Origin: Pseudomonadota bacterium
Lineage (GTDB): Bacteria > Pseudomonadota > Gammaproteobacteria > Burkholderiales > Burkholderiaceae_C
DNA length: 64,000 nt
Direction of reading: 5' to 3'
Assembly (NCBI GenBank): GCA_021847345.1
Contig: JAJZTW010000003.1
Location: 38,528 to 102,527 of the forward strand
The notes under the pieces were generated by a model that saw only the letters and a program-made list of their open reading frames with translations, did not search any database and was not told the DNA's origin. A program made the position numbers and the translations under genes. Positions 11,249 to 24,756 of this stretch are shown here, one piece after another; position 1 is the stretch's first letter, and the number at the start of each line of letters is the position of its first letter.

Positions 11249-11698
11249 ATGTCCGAAGCCACCGAGCACCTGGTCACGCTGCGCCAACGCCAGGACTACC
11301 AGTTCGAGATCGAGTTCGGCGGCGGCCGTCCGTTGCTGGTGGCCGACGAGCCGCCCCCGCTGGGACAGGCCGCAGGCCCGTCGCCGGTGCAGATGCTGCT
11401 GGGCGCTGTCGGCGACTGCATGAGTTCCAGCCTGCTGTTCGCGCTGCGCAAGTTCAGGAACGACCCGGGCAGCATCACCACCGAGGCGCGCGCGCACGTC
11501 GGCCGCAACGACGATGGACGCCTGCGGGTGCTGCACATCGACGTGCACATCCGGCTGGGACGCCCCGCCGCCGAGTTGCAGCACCTGGAGCGCATTCTCG
11601 ACCAGTTCGAGGCCTTCTGCACCGTGGGCGAAAGCGTGCGTGCCGGAATTCCCACCGACATCGCCGTGTTCGACTCCGACGGCACGCGCCTGCATTGA
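11249..11698 (+). CDS. OsmC/Ohr-family peroxiredoxin-like protein
   Basis: 149-aa product with OsmC-type features (PSPVQMLLGAVGDCM ... FCTVGESV; two conserved Cys). Confidence 0.7.
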   Translation: MSEATEHLVTLRQRQDYQFEIEFGGGRPLLVADEPPPLGQAAGPSPVQMLLGAVGDCMSSSLLFALRKFRNDPGSITTEARAHVGRNDDGRLRVLHIDVHIRLGRPAAELQHLERILDQFEAFCTVGESVRAGIPTDIAVFDSDGTRLH

Positions 11699-11731
11699 CA
11701 CGCCCAGCGCGGCCCAGCCCCCGACCCGACC

Positions 11732-12385
11732 ATGCCCTCAGACTCCCAGCACAAGCCCGCCGCCGGCGGATTCAACGACGCCCAGAGCCACTGGGATCAG
11801 CGCTTTTCCCGCCCCGGGTTGCTGTTCGGCGAGCAACCCAACCGCTTTCTCGAGCGCGAAGCCGCTCGCCTGGCGCCTGGCTCGCGGGTGCTCAGCGTGG
11901 CCGACGGCGAGGGCCGCAACGCGCTGTACCTGGCATCGCTGGGTCACCGGGTGTGCGCCTTCGACATCTCCCCGGTGGCGGTGGCCAAGGCTCGCGAGCT
12001 CGGCGCGCAGCGCAGGCTGCAGGTGGATTGGCACACCAGCTCGGTCGACGACTGGGACTGGGCGCGGTCACGCTGGGACGCCGTGGTCGCCGTATTCGTG
12101 CAATTCGCCGACCCAGCCATGCGCCGCCGCATGTTCGAAGGCATGTGGGAATCGCTCGAACCCGGCGGCTTGCTGCTGGTGCAGGGCTATACGCCGCGCC
12201 AGCTCGAATTCCGCACCGGAGGCCCGGGCAAGGTCGAGCACCTCTACACCAGCTCCCTGCTTCGCGAACTGCTGCCGCGTGCCGAGTGGCTGTTGCTGCG
12301 TGAATACGAGGACGAACTGTCCGAGGGCAGTGCCCATGTCGGGCACTCCGCCCTGCTCGACGGCGTGGCCCGCAAGCCGGCCTGA
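11732..12385 (+). CDS. class I SAM-dependent methyltransferase
   Basis: 217 aa with motif I (VLSVADGEGRNALYLA) and an acidic residue after beta-2 (AFDIS). It resembles the TehB/SmtA type. Confidence 0.7.
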   Translation: MPSDSQHKPAAGGFNDAQSHWDQRFSRPGLLFGEQPNRFLEREAARLAPGSRVLSVADGEGRNALYLASLGHRVCAFDISPVAVAKARELGAQRRLQVDWHTSSVDDWDWARSRWDAVVAVFVQFADPAMRRRMFEGMWESLEPGGLLLVQGYTPRQLEFRTGGPGKVEHLYTSSLLRELLPRAEWLLLREYEDELSEGSAHVGHSALLDGVARKPA

Positions 12386-12410
12386 GCGGCCAGCCTGACG
12401 CCCCGCCGGC

Positions 12411-12749
12411 TCAACGCCGGCGCCAGTGTCCCGGGCGCTCGCGCCATGCACCGCCGTGCGGCTCCCAGCGCGGCGCGACCCAGATGTAGCCGGGACGCGG
12501 GTGCTCCCAGCGCCCCGGGTGCCAGACATAACGCGCACCGCCCCAGCCCCAGAAGCCGGAAATCCAGAGGTAGCCCGGAGCCGGCGCGACGCCGACGACC
12601 TCCACGCGTGGCGGCGGCGGCGGCGCCGGCACCACGACATAGCCTGGCGCCGCGTAGGGCGCGTAGTACGGGGCCGGCGCGACCACGCAGCCAGCCAGCA
12701 GGCCGGCGCACAGCAGCGCGGCTGCGTATGCCCGAATACGAATTCGCAT
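12411..12749 (-). CDS. small lipoprotein with YXWGXW-type Trp/Gly repeats
   Basis: Lipobox signal peptide (LLCAGLLAGC), a Pro-rich linker, then GYLWISGFWGWGGARYVWHPGRW and GYIWVAPRWEPHGGAW repeats. AGGAG lies upstream of the ATG. Confidence 0.7.
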   Translation of the reverse strand: MRIRIRAYAAALLCAGLLAGCVVAPAPYYAPYAAPGYVVVPAPPPPPRVEVVGVAPAPGYLWISGFWGWGGARYVWHPGRWEHPRPGYIWVAPRWEPHGGAWRERPGHWRRR

Positions 12750-13013
12750 GATGCGGGGCTCCTGGGGGAATTCCTGGCCAATGATCGACCCATGCGCGAC
12801 GCACGATCGACAGATATTGCATCAACGCGTTACAGATGGATTCTGACGACAAACCCACGACGCCGCAACCGGCTTGAGCGCGACAATCCGCGGCCGTCGC
12901 GTACGCACGCGAGTCGCAGGGCTGGGCCTGCATCCACCCGACGCCTCCCGGCGAGGGCCTCTGATCCAGCGCTCCAGCCGAATCCGGACAGCCTGCGGGC
13001 GGCGAGGTGGGGT

Positions 13014-13133
13014 GGGGCGGGTCGGGCAACGCCCGACCCTGGGGGGCACACTCAAGGAATCGCAGGGCCGCCCCAAGATTCCTTGACCCCCCTCGGGGGG
13101 GCGGGACGAGCAACGCCCGTCCCTGGGGGGCAC
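13014..13133. repeat. composite REP-like element: two 36-nt hairpin repeats flanking a 10-bp-arm inverted repeat
   Basis: Copy A (13014-13049) and copy B (13098-13133) match at 33 of 36 positions. Each folds as a GGG(T/A)CG(G/A)G / CCCG(A/T)CCC hairpin. Between them is TCAAGGAATC (13052-13061) paired with GATTCCTTGA (13077-13086). The element lies directly 3' of the ssb stop. Confidence 0.7.
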
Positions 13134-13136
13134 GCA

Positions 13137-13646
13137 CTAGAACGGAATATCGTCGTCCATGTCGTCGAAATCCCCGGCGGCCGGCTTGGAGGGCGCCGGA
13201 GCACGCGACGCGGGGGCCGAGCGCGGCGCGCTGTCGCGCGATTCGCCGCGCGACTCGCCGCGCGAATGCTCCCGGCTGCGGCTGTACGAGCCGCCGCCTT
13301 CGTCATCCCCGCCGTCGCGCGAGCCCAGCAATTGCATTTCCGTGGCGATGATGTCGGTGGTGTAGCGCTCCACACCATCCTTGTCGGTGTACTTGCCGTA
13401 CTTGAGCCGGCCCTCGACGTACACCGGGCGACCCTTCTTCAGGTACTCGCCGGCGATCTCGGCCAGGCGGTCGTAGAACACCACGCGGTGCCACTCGGTC
13501 TCCTCCTTGCGCTCGCCCGACTTGTCCTTCCATTGGCGAGTGGTGGCGATGGACACGTTGCAGACGGCGGCGCCCGACGGCGCGTAGCGCACCTCGGGGT
13601 CGCGCCCGAGATTGCCCAGCAGAATGACTTTGTTGACGGAGGCCAT
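13137..13646 (-). CDS. ssb: single-stranded DNA-binding protein
   Basis: The product starts [21 protein letters not shown] and ends with the acidic tail [11 protein letters not shown]. It is 169 aa and divergent from uvrA, as in many proteobacteria. Confidence 0.95.
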   Translation of the reverse strand: MASVNKVILLGNLGRDPEVRYAPSGAAVCNVSIATTRQWKDKSGERKEETEWHRVVFYDRLAEIAGEYLKKGRPVYVEGRLKYGKYTDKDGVERYTTDIIATEMQLLGSRDGGDDEGGGSYSRSREHSRGESRGESRDSAPRSAPASRAPAPSKPAAGDFDDMDDDIPF

Positions 13647-13826
13647 GGGTTGTCCTGATGTGTGGAAGGGCGCGCCGCGCACGCCTGGGCACAAATAGAA
13701 AGCATAGCGCGAAGCCGGCCACCCGCAGCCCATGGGGCCGAACGCCCCGCCGGACGGTGCGCGGGACGGCCTGAGCACCCGCTCCGCGCGCTCGCCCTAT
13801 AGTTGCGGGTTGCGCCCGACCCTGCC

Positions 13827-16718
<2,892 letters not shown>

Positions 16719-16765
16719 TCCACGCCCAGCGGAAATTCGTATTCCACTTGTACCATGTGAGGCTC

Positions 16766-16844
16766 CACGTGCTGCCCGCGGGCATGCCACGTGAGCGGCG
16801 CGCTCCTTGCGCCCCCGCGGCCCGCGCTGCGCAAGGCGCACGTG
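16766..16844. promoter_or_regulatory. cluster of three CACGTG palindromes upstream of the dienelactone hydrolase gene
   Basis: CACGTG occurs at 16766, 16788 (22 bp apart) and 16839, all within the 172-nt uvrA-DLH spacer. No binding protein is known. Confidence 0.2.
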
Positions 16845-16890
16845 GCCGCCTCCTCCCCGAGAACGATCACAACCCCACGGAGAAACTGTC

Positions 16891-17553
16891 ATGGGCAAGA
16901 CCATCTCGTTGCAACTCAAGGACGGAACCCGCATCGGCGCCTATGTCGCCGAGCCCGCCGGCGCGCCGAAGGGCGGCCTGGTGGTGGTGCAGGAGATCTT
17001 CGGCGTGAACCCCCACATCCGCAGCGTCGCCGACCGCTACGCAGCGGCCGGCTACCTGGCCGTCGCGCCCGCGCTGTTCGACCCGGTGCAGCCCGGCGTC
17101 GAACTCGGCTACGACCAGGAGGGCATGCAAAAGGGCCTCGACTACGTCGGCAAGCTCGGTTTCGACCGCGCGCTGGCCGGCGTCGAGGCTGCCGCGCAGG
17201 AAGCCTCGCGCGCCGGTCGCGTCGGCGTGGTCGGCTACTGCTGGGGCGGCACCGTCACCTACCTGTCGGCGATTCGTCTCGGACTGCCCGGCATCAGCTA
17301 CTACGGAGGACGCAACGTGCAGTTCGTCGGCGAACAGGCGAAGGCCCCGCTGATGTTCCACTACGGCCTCAAGGACGCCCACATCCCCGAAGCCGACCGT
17401 GAAGCCGTGCGCAAGGCCAATCCGGGCGCCGAATTCTTCGTGTACGACGCCGACCACGGCTTCAACTGCGACGCGCGCGGCAGCTACGACGACGCCGCCG
17501 CCAAGCTGGCCATGGAGCGCTCGCTGGGCTTCCTGGCCAAGCACGTCGGCTGA
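16891..17553 (+). CDS. dienelactone hydrolase family protein
   Basis: 220 aa with the nucleophile motif GYCWGG and VVVQEIFGVN. GGAGA precedes the ATG at 16891. Confidence 0.8.
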   Translation: MGKTISLQLKDGTRIGAYVAEPAGAPKGGLVVVQEIFGVNPHIRSVADRYAAAGYLAVAPALFDPVQPGVELGYDQEGMQKGLDYVGKLGFDRALAGVEAAAQEASRAGRVGVVGYCWGGTVTYLSAIRLGLPGISYYGGRNVQFVGEQAKAPLMFHYGLKDAHIPEADREAVRKANPGAEFFVYDADHGFNCDARGSYDDAAAKLAMERSLGFLAKHVG

Positions 17554-17562
17554 AGCGCGAGA

Positions 17563-18348
17563 TCAGTCGCCGCGCAGGCGGCCGCCGTGGTTGAGGAACT
17601 CCGCCCAGTCCTCGAGCTGGCGGGGTTCCCCGAACAGGTAGCCCTGCATCACCTGCAGTCCGATCTCGCGCAGCGCATGCGCGTCCTCGGCCTTCTCGAC
17701 CCCCTCGGCCACGATCTGCACACCCAGGCGCTGGCCGAGCGCGACCAGGCTGCGCACGATCTCGCGGTTGCGGGCGTCGCGGTCCAGCCCGGTGGTGAAC
17801 CCGGCGGGCAGCTTGATCTGCGCCGGGCTCAGGCGCTTGAGATACTCGAACGACGCATAGCCCTCGCCGAAGTCGTCCATCGCGATCAGCACGCCGGACT
17901 GCTGCAATGCGTGGATGTTGCGCACCACGCTCGGGAACACCGGGATCTGCCTGCGCTCCGTGACCTCCAGCGCCAGGCGCTGCGCGGGCCAGCGGCTGCT
18001 CGCCAGCACGCGCTCGATATGCGGCACGAGCTCCGGGTCGCCGAGCTGGTCGGCCTCCACGTTGACCCCCACCAGCCCCTGCCAGCCGGTCCAGTCGCAC
18101 AGCACGCGAGCTTCGGCCACCGCGGTGTCGACCACCCAGAAGAACAGCTGGCTGGTCTGCGACACCGACAAGCGCGGCAGGAAGGCCAGCGGGGAGTGCC
18201 GGCGCGGCGCGGTGTCGGCGCGCCAGCGGAACAAGGCCTCCAGGCCCACCACCTCGCCACCGGGGTAGCGCACCTGCGGCTGGTACACCAGCGAAGGCGA
18301 ACCCGAGCCGGTGTGCACGGCGATTTCGCTGAACACGTCTCGTTCCAC
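17563..18348 (-). CDS. stand-alone EAL-domain protein (putative c-di-GMP phosphodiesterase)
   Basis: 261 aa with all the catalytic motifs I could check: EALFRW, VNVE, LEVTE, DDFGEGY, IKLP, EGVE, QGY. There is no sensor or GGDEF domain. Confidence 0.85.
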   Translation of the reverse strand: MERDVFSEIAVHTGSGSPSLVYQPQVRYPGGEVVGLEALFRWRADTAPRRHSPLAFLPRLSVSQTSQLFFWVVDTAVAEARVLCDWTGWQGLVGVNVEADQLGDPELVPHIERVLASSRWPAQRLALEVTERRQIPVFPSVVRNIHALQQSGVLIAMDDFGEGYASFEYLKRLSPAQIKLPAGFTTGLDRDARNREIVRSLVALGQRLGVQIVAEGVEKAEDAHALREIGLQVMQGYLFGEPRQLEDWAEFLNHGGRLRGD

Positions 18349-18451
18349 GGCAGCCCTTGTCCTGTGCGGCGCGCTGTTGCAATATCCGGCGGGACCTCCC
18401 CGACGCGGCTGCGCAGATTAGCATGAAGCCCAGCTGATTCCTCTCGTCGCC

Positions 18452-20323
18452 ATGACTTCTGCCAACACGCCCGCGCGCTCTGCACGCGCAACCGGCACTT
18501 CCCGCGCGGCCGCGCCGCGCAGCGCAGCCGCCGCCTCGGCCGCGCTGCGTTACCGGGTGCGCATGCAGCAGTTGCACGCCCACGTGTTCGACGTCGAGCT
18601 GGAGCTCGACCATCCGGATCCGGCGGGCCAGGAACTGTGGCTGCCGGTATGGATTCCCGGCAGCTACCTGGTACGCGAATTCGCGCGCCACGTGCTGCAG
18701 GTGCAGGCGCAGTGCGACGGCGAAGAGCTGGCGGTACGCAAGACGGCGAAGAACCGCTGGCGCGTGGCGCCGTGCTCGGGGCGCCTGCTGCTGCGCTGGA
18801 GCGTGTACGCCCACGACCCCTCGGTGCGCACCGCGTGGCTGGATCCGTCGCGCGGGTTTTTCAACGCCAGCAGCCTGCTGCTGGCGGCGAGCGGATTCGA
18901 GTCCGCCACGCACGAAGTGCGCATCGAGCCTCCGCCGGCGCCGCTGCGCTGGAGCGTGGCCACGACGCTGCCGGCGCGCAAGGTCGATGCCCGGGGCTTC
19001 GGCGTGTACGCGGCGCCGGGCTATCAGCAGCTCATCGACCACCCGGTGTCGTGCGGCGAGCAGCTGCGCGTGGCCTTTCGCGCCTGCGGCACGCCGCATG
19101 CGATGGTCATCGAGCACGCGTCGCGCCTGCGCGGCCAGGTCGATGAGCGACGCCTGGGCTCCGACCTCAAGCGCATCTGCGAAGCGCAGATCGCGCTGTT
19201 CGAGCCCGAGACGCGACGCGCGCCGTTTCGCAGCTACGCCTTCCTGCTGGCGCCATCCCCGCAGGGCTGGGGCGGCCTCGAACACGCCGACAGCAGCGCG
19301 CTGATCTGTGCCGAGGCCGACCTGCCGCACCCGCGCGACGGCGCCGATGCCGGCGCCGGCTACCGTCGCTTGCTGGGCCTGTGCAGCCACGAGTACTTCC
19401 ATGCCTGGAACGTCAAGCGCATCCGACCCCAGGCCCTCACGCCGCCCGACCTGCAGCGCGAGAACCTCACCGGGCTGCTGTGGCTGTTCGAGGGCTTCAC
19501 GTCGTACTACGACGACCTGATGCTGCGTCGCACGGGGCTGATCAGCGCCGAGCAGTACCTGCAGCTGGTCGGCGACGCGATGCGCGCCGTCCAGGCGACG
19601 CCCGGCCGGCAGCTGCAAAGCCTCGACGAGGCGAGCTTCGACGCCTGGATCAAGTTCTACCGCCCCGACGAGAACACCCCCAACGCCACCGTCAGCTACT
19701 ACACGCTGGGCGGCCTGTTCGCGCTGGCGCTGGACCTGCACCTGCGCAGCCGCGGCAAGGGCTGCCTGGACGATGTCATGCGCCTGCTCTGGCAGCGCTA
19801 CGGCCGCGCCGACGCGCCGCTGCGCGAGCAGGGAGTGGCCGAGGACGCGCTGCCCGCGCTGGTGCGCGAAGCCTGCGGGCTGGACGTGCGCGCGTGGTTC
19901 CGGCGCCATGTGCACGGGCGCCAGGAGCTGCCGCTGGCGCGCCTGCTCGCCGGCTTCGGCGTGCGCTGCGAGCAAGGCGCGCCGGAAGCCCCCGATGCGC
20001 TGGGCATGCGACTCGACGGCCAGGGCAGCTGGCCGGTGCTGCGCTACGTACGCAGCGGCTCGTGGGCCGAGCAGGCAGGCCTGTGCGCGGGCGACGTGCT
20101 GGTGGCCGTCAACGAACAGCAGGCCAGCCAGGCCGCGCTGGCCCGCGCGTACCGGCGCGCCGAACCCGGCCAGCCATGGAGCGCGCACGTGATGCGCGAC
20201 GGACGGCTGCTGAGCCTGGGCGCCGCGCTGCCGCGAGCCCCGGCGGGGCCGCTCCGGCTGCAACTGAACCAGCGCCCGTCGGCGCAGGCGCTGCGCCTGC
20301 GCCGCGCCTGGCTGGGCGCATGA
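18452..20323 (+). CDS. M61-family metallopeptidase with C-terminal PDZ domain
   Basis: 623 aa with the zinc motif HEYFHAWNVKR and a PDZ-like C-terminus (GLCAGDVLVAVN). The N-terminal roughly 30 aa, and hence the start, are uncertain. Confidence 0.75.
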   Translation: MTSANTPARSARATGTSRAAAPRSAAAASAALRYRVRMQQLHAHVFDVELELDHPDPAGQELWLPVWIPGSYLVREFARHVLQVQAQCDGEELAVRKTAKNRWRVAPCSGRLLLRWSVYAHDPSVRTAWLDPSRGFFNASSLLLAASGFESATHEVRIEPPPAPLRWSVATTLPARKVDARGFGVYAAPGYQQLIDHPVSCGEQLRVAFRACGTPHAMVIEHASRLRGQVDERRLGSDLKRICEAQIALFEPETRRAPFRSYAFLLAPSPQGWGGLEHADSSALICAEADLPHPRDGADAGAGYRRLLGLCSHEYFHAWNVKRIRPQALTPPDLQRENLTGLLWLFEGFTSYYDDLMLRRTGLISAEQYLQLVGDAMRAVQATPGRQLQSLDEASFDAWIKFYRPDENTPNATVSYYTLGGLFALALDLHLRSRGKGCLDDVMRLLWQRYGRADAPLREQGVAEDALPALVREACGLDVRAWFRRHVHGRQELPLARLLAGFGVRCEQGAPEAPDALGMRLDGQGSWPVLRYVRSGSWAEQAGLCAGDVLVAVNEQQASQAALARAYRRAEPGQPWSAHVMRDGRLLSLGAALPRAPAGPLRLQLNQRPSAQALRLRRAWLGA

Positions 20324-20356
20324 ACCCGATACGAATCCAACAGCGAGGAGACCCCG

Positions 20357-21133
20357 ATGAACCCCGAGAACCTGCTGCTCGAAGTGCGCGACCAGGTCGC
20401 GCTGATCCGCCTGCACCGCCCCAAGCAGCTCAACGCGCTGAATGACGCGCTGATGGACGAACTCGGCCAGGCCCTGTCGGCCTACGACGCCGACGACAGC
20501 ATCGGCTGCATCGTGGTCACCGGCAGCGAAAAGGCCTTTGCCGCCGGCGCGGACATCGCCGCGATGGCCGAGAAGGACTACATGCAGGCCTATCGAGAGG
20601 ACTTCATCACCCGCAACTGGGAACGCATGCGAAGCGTGCGCAAGCCGGTGATCGCGGCGGTCGCCGGCTACTGCCTGGGCGGAGGCTGCGAGCTGGCGAT
20701 GATGTGCGATTTCATCATCGCCGCCGACGACGCGCGCTTCGGCCAGCCGGAGATCCGCATCGGCATCATCCCCGGCGCCGGCGGCACGCAGCGTCTGCCC
20801 CGGGCGGTGGGCAAGAGCAAGGCCATGGACCTGGCGCTGAGCGCGCGCATGATGGACGCGGCGGAGGCCGAGCGCGCCGGACTGGTGTCGCGCGTGGTGC
20901 CCGCCGCGCGCCTGCTCGACGAGGCGATGGAGACCGCTGCGACGATCAGCTCCTTCCCGAGGCACACGGTGATGATGGCCAAGGAATGCGTCAACCGCGC
21001 GTTCGAGACCCCGTTGTCCGACGGGCTGATGTTCGAGCGCCGCATGTTCCACAGCCTGTTCGGAACCCACGACCAGCGCGAGGGCATGGCGGCCTTCCTG
21101 CAAAAGCGCGCACCGAAATTCGAGCATCGCTGA
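20357..21133 (+). CDS. enoyl-CoA hydratase (crotonase family)
   Basis: 258 aa with crotonase motifs ([26 protein letters not shown]). GGAG precedes the ATG. Confidence 0.88.
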   Translation: MNPENLLLEVRDQVALIRLHRPKQLNALNDALMDELGQALSAYDADDSIGCIVVTGSEKAFAAGADIAAMAEKDYMQAYREDFITRNWERMRSVRKPVIAAVAGYCLGGGCELAMMCDFIIAADDARFGQPEIRIGIIPGAGGTQRLPRAVGKSKAMDLALSARMMDAAEAERAGLVSRVVPAARLLDEAMETAATISSFPRHTVMMAKECVNRAFETPLSDGLMFERRMFHSLFGTHDQREGMAAFLQKRAPKFEHR

Positions 21134-21160
21134 GTTCGGCGCCGGGGCATTCAAAAAGGA

Positions 21161-21190
21161 CTTGAGACGCCCGCCGGCTCAGGGTACAAT
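21161..21190 (+). promoter_or_regulatory. candidate sigma70 promoter for the tRNA gene
   Basis: TTGAGA (21161-21166), an 18-nt spacer, then TACAAT (21185-21190). The mature tRNA 5' end lies 12 nt downstream. Confidence 0.45.
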
Positions 21191-21201
21191 TTTCGTCTTT
21201 T

Positions 21202-21278
<77 letters not shown>

Positions 21279-21289
21279 GAGTTACCGAA

Positions 21290-21323
21290 CCCCGCAGATC
21301 CAAAAGGTCTGCGGGGTTTTTTG
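21290..21323 (+). terminator. rho-independent terminator after the tRNA
   Basis: CCCCGCAGA / TCTGCGGGG stem followed by TTTTTTG. Confidence 0.8.
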
Positions 21324-21350
21324 TCGACTTGCAGCAGACTTTCCGCCACC

Positions 21351-22241
<891 letters not shown>

Positions 22242-22281
22242 GACCTCGCCTCGACGCCACCGCCACGACGCCACTGTCCCG

Positions 22282-22836
22282 ATGCCTTTCACCGCCACCC
22301 CTACCGCGCTCCCCGAGGTGCTCTTGCTCGAACCCAAGGTGTTCGGCGACGCCCGGGGCTTTTTTTTCGAGAGCTACAACCGCCGTGATTTCGCCGCCGC
22401 CACCGGTGTCGATCCGGAGTTCGTGCAGGACAATCATTCGCGCTCGGCACGCGACGTGCTGCGTGGCCTGCACTACCAGTTGCATCGCCCGCAGGGCAAG
22501 CTGGTGCGCGTGGTGTCCGGCTGCGTGTGGGACGTCGTCGTGGACATGCGCCGCAGCTCGCCGCGCTTCGGTCAATGGGCGGGAGTGGAGTTGTCGGCCG
22601 AAAACCGGCGCCAGCTCTGGATCCCGGCGGGCTTCGCCCACGGCTTCCTGACCCTGTCCGAGCAGGCCGAGTTCCTGTACAAGACCACCGATTACTGGTT
22701 CGCCGAACACGAGCGATCGCTGCGCTGGGACGAGCCGAGCCTGGGCATCGACTGGCCGCTGGCCGGCCGCACCCCGGTGCTTGCGCCGAAGGACGCCGCC
22801 GCCCCCGCGCTGGCAGACGCCGAATGCTTCGACTGA
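22282..22836 (+). CDS. rmlC: dTDP-4-dehydrorhamnose 3,5-epimerase
   Basis: 184 aa with the motifs FGDARGFFFESYN, RGLHYQ and LWIPAGFAHGF. Confidence 0.92.
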   Translation: MPFTATPTALPEVLLLEPKVFGDARGFFFESYNRRDFAAATGVDPEFVQDNHSRSARDVLRGLHYQLHRPQGKLVRVVSGCVWDVVVDMRRSSPRFGQWAGVELSAENRRQLWIPAGFAHGFLTLSEQAEFLYKTTDYWFAEHERSLRWDEPSLGIDWPLAGRTPVLAPKDAAAPALADAECFD

Positions 22837-22910
22837 CTACAATCGCCACCCAAGCCCTTGCCGCCAGGAACCCGCCCGTGCGCGTGCCCGCCCCGACCCG
22901 CCTGCCCCGG

Positions 22911-23279
22911 ATGCTGCTCGCGTGCGCGCTGCTCGCGGGGGTCTTCGCGGCGCAGGCCCCTGTGACGCGGGCCCAGGTCGCTCCGGACCCGGTGCCCGAG
23001 CATGTGTATCCGATGGGCAGCGAAATGGGCTATGCGCGGTTCCGCGCGGGCCCCGGCCTGCAGATCAACTGCGTGAGCTATCCGCTGGGCCCCGGGCTGC
23101 GCGTGCACGACCCGCAGCAGCACCTGGTGCTGCGCGGGCAACTGGCCGGGCTGCACGGGCCGGCCGTGTTCGCCCGCGACTCCATGGGCAACGTGTTCCA
23201 GGTGTGGATGCTCGCACCCGGCCAGGTGCTGCCGAAGGTTCCTGCCGCGCCCAACCGTTGTCTGTTCCAGCAATACTGA
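22911..23279 (+). CDS. hypothetical small secreted protein
   Basis: Signal-peptide-like start [22 protein letters not shown]; an alternative GTG start lies at 22878. Third-codon positions are GC-rich. It has two Cys and I recognise no family. Confidence 0.5.
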   Translation: MLLACALLAGVFAAQAPVTRAQVAPDPVPEHVYPMGSEMGYARFRAGPGLQINCVSYPLGPGLRVHDPQQHLVLRGQLAGLHGPAVFARDSMGNVFQVWMLAPGQVLPKVPAAPNRCLFQQY

Positions 23280-23370
23280 GCCGGGCCCGGCGACCCGGCT
23301 TGAGCGACCCGGCGCGCGGCGCTGGCCCGTCCAGCCGAAGCACGACTTCCCGGGCACGCTGCCTTCCATC

Positions 23371-24702
23371 ATGAAAAAGCTCTACATCAAGACGTTCGGC
23401 TGCCAGATGAACGAGTACGACTCGGCCAAGATGGCCGATGTGCTCGGGGCAGCGCAGGGATACGAGCCCGCCGCGACGCCGGAAGAGGCGGACCTGGTGC
23501 TGCTCAATACCTGTTCGATTCGCGAAAAGGCCCAGGAAAAGGTGTTCAGCGACCTCGGGCGTCTGCGCCTGCTGAAGGCCGAGCGGCCCGGCATGCGAAT
23601 CGGCGTGGCCGGTTGCGTGGCCAGCCAGGAAGGTGCCGCGATCGTCGAACGCGTTCCCTTCGTCGACCTGGTGTTCGGCCCGCAGACCCTGCATCGCCTG
23701 CCCGAACTGCTGGCCGCGCGCGAACGCAGCGGCCGCGCGCAGGTGGACGTGAGCTTTCCCGAGATCGAGAAGTTCGACCATCTTCCCGCGGCGCGGGCCG
23801 AGGGGCCGACGGCATTCGTGTCGATCATGGAAGGCTGCAGCAAATATTGCAGCTACTGCGTCGTGCCCTACACCCGCGGCGAGGAGGTCTCGCGCCCGCT
23901 GGAGGACGTGCTGACCGAGGTCGCCGAGCTGGCCGCGCAGGGCGTGCGCGAGGTCACGCTGCTGGGCCAGAACGTCAATGCCTGGCGCGCCGACGTCGAC
24001 GGCCAGCCGGGCGACTTCGCGCTGCTGCTGGAGTACGTTGCCGAGATCCCGGGCATCGAACGCATTCGCTACACGACCAGCCATCCGAACGAGTTCACGC
24101 AGCGCCTGATCGATGCGCATGCGCGCATCCCGCAGCTCGTCGCGCATGTGCACCTGCCGGTGCAGCACGGCTCCGACCGCGTGCTCGCGGCGATGAAGCG
24201 CGGCTACACCGCGCTGCAGTTCAAGTCCATCGTGCGCCGGCTGCGTGCGGCGCGCCCGGGAATCAGCATCGGCTCGGACTTCATCGTGGGCTTCCCGGGC
24301 GAGACCGAGCAGGACTTCGAGCAGCTGATGAAGCTGCTCGACGACGTGCGTTTCGACGCCAGCTTCAGCTTCGTGTTCAGCGCCCGCCCAGGCACGCCGG
24401 CGGCGGCGCTGCCCGATGACACGCCGCAGGAGGTCAAGCTGCAGCGCCTGCAACGCCTGCAGGCGCGCCTGGAGGGTTTCGCGCGCGAGATCTCCGAGTC
24501 CATGGTGGGCAGCACGCAGCGCGTGCTGGTCGAGGGCCCCAGCCGGCGCAACCCCGAGGAACTGCAGGGGCGCACCGAGAACAACCGCATGGTGCATTTC
24601 ACCGGGCCCGCCCGACTGGTCGGTCGCATGATCGACCTGCGCATCGCCGCGGCCTACCCGCATTCGCTGCGCGGCGAAGTCCTCACGCTCGAGACGGCCT
24701 GA
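23371..24702 (+). CDS. miaB: tRNA (N6-isopentenyl adenosine(37)-C2)-methylthiotransferase
   Basis: 443 aa. It starts [18 protein letters not shown], has the radical-SAM CxxxCxxC motif (CSKYCSYC), and ends in a TRAM domain. Confidence 0.93.
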   Translation: MKKLYIKTFGCQMNEYDSAKMADVLGAAQGYEPAATPEEADLVLLNTCSIREKAQEKVFSDLGRLRLLKAERPGMRIGVAGCVASQEGAAIVERVPFVDLVFGPQTLHRLPELLAARERSGRAQVDVSFPEIEKFDHLPAARAEGPTAFVSIMEGCSKYCSYCVVPYTRGEEVSRPLEDVLTEVAELAAQGVREVTLLGQNVNAWRADVDGQPGDFALLLEYVAEIPGIERIRYTTSHPNEFTQRLIDAHARIPQLVAHVHLPVQHGSDRVLAAMKRGYTALQFKSIVRRLRAARPGISIGSDFIVGFPGETEQDFEQLMKLLDDVRFDASFSFVFSARPGTPAAALPDDTPQEVKLQRLQRLQARLEGFAREISESMVGSTQRVLVEGPSRRNPEELQGRTENNRMVHFTGPARLVGRMIDLRIAAAYPHSLRGEVLTLETA

Positions 24703-24756
24703 GCTGGGCGGGCGCCGAGGCCCCGGGCGCCCGGGCCGCAGCCCGGGCTGCACGGC

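Noticed and set aside
13647-13826. An SOS (LexA) box in the ssb-uvrA divergent spacer.
   Set aside because: No CTGT-N8-ACAG-like sequence is present. The closest string, CTGATGTGTGGAAG, lacks the second half-site.
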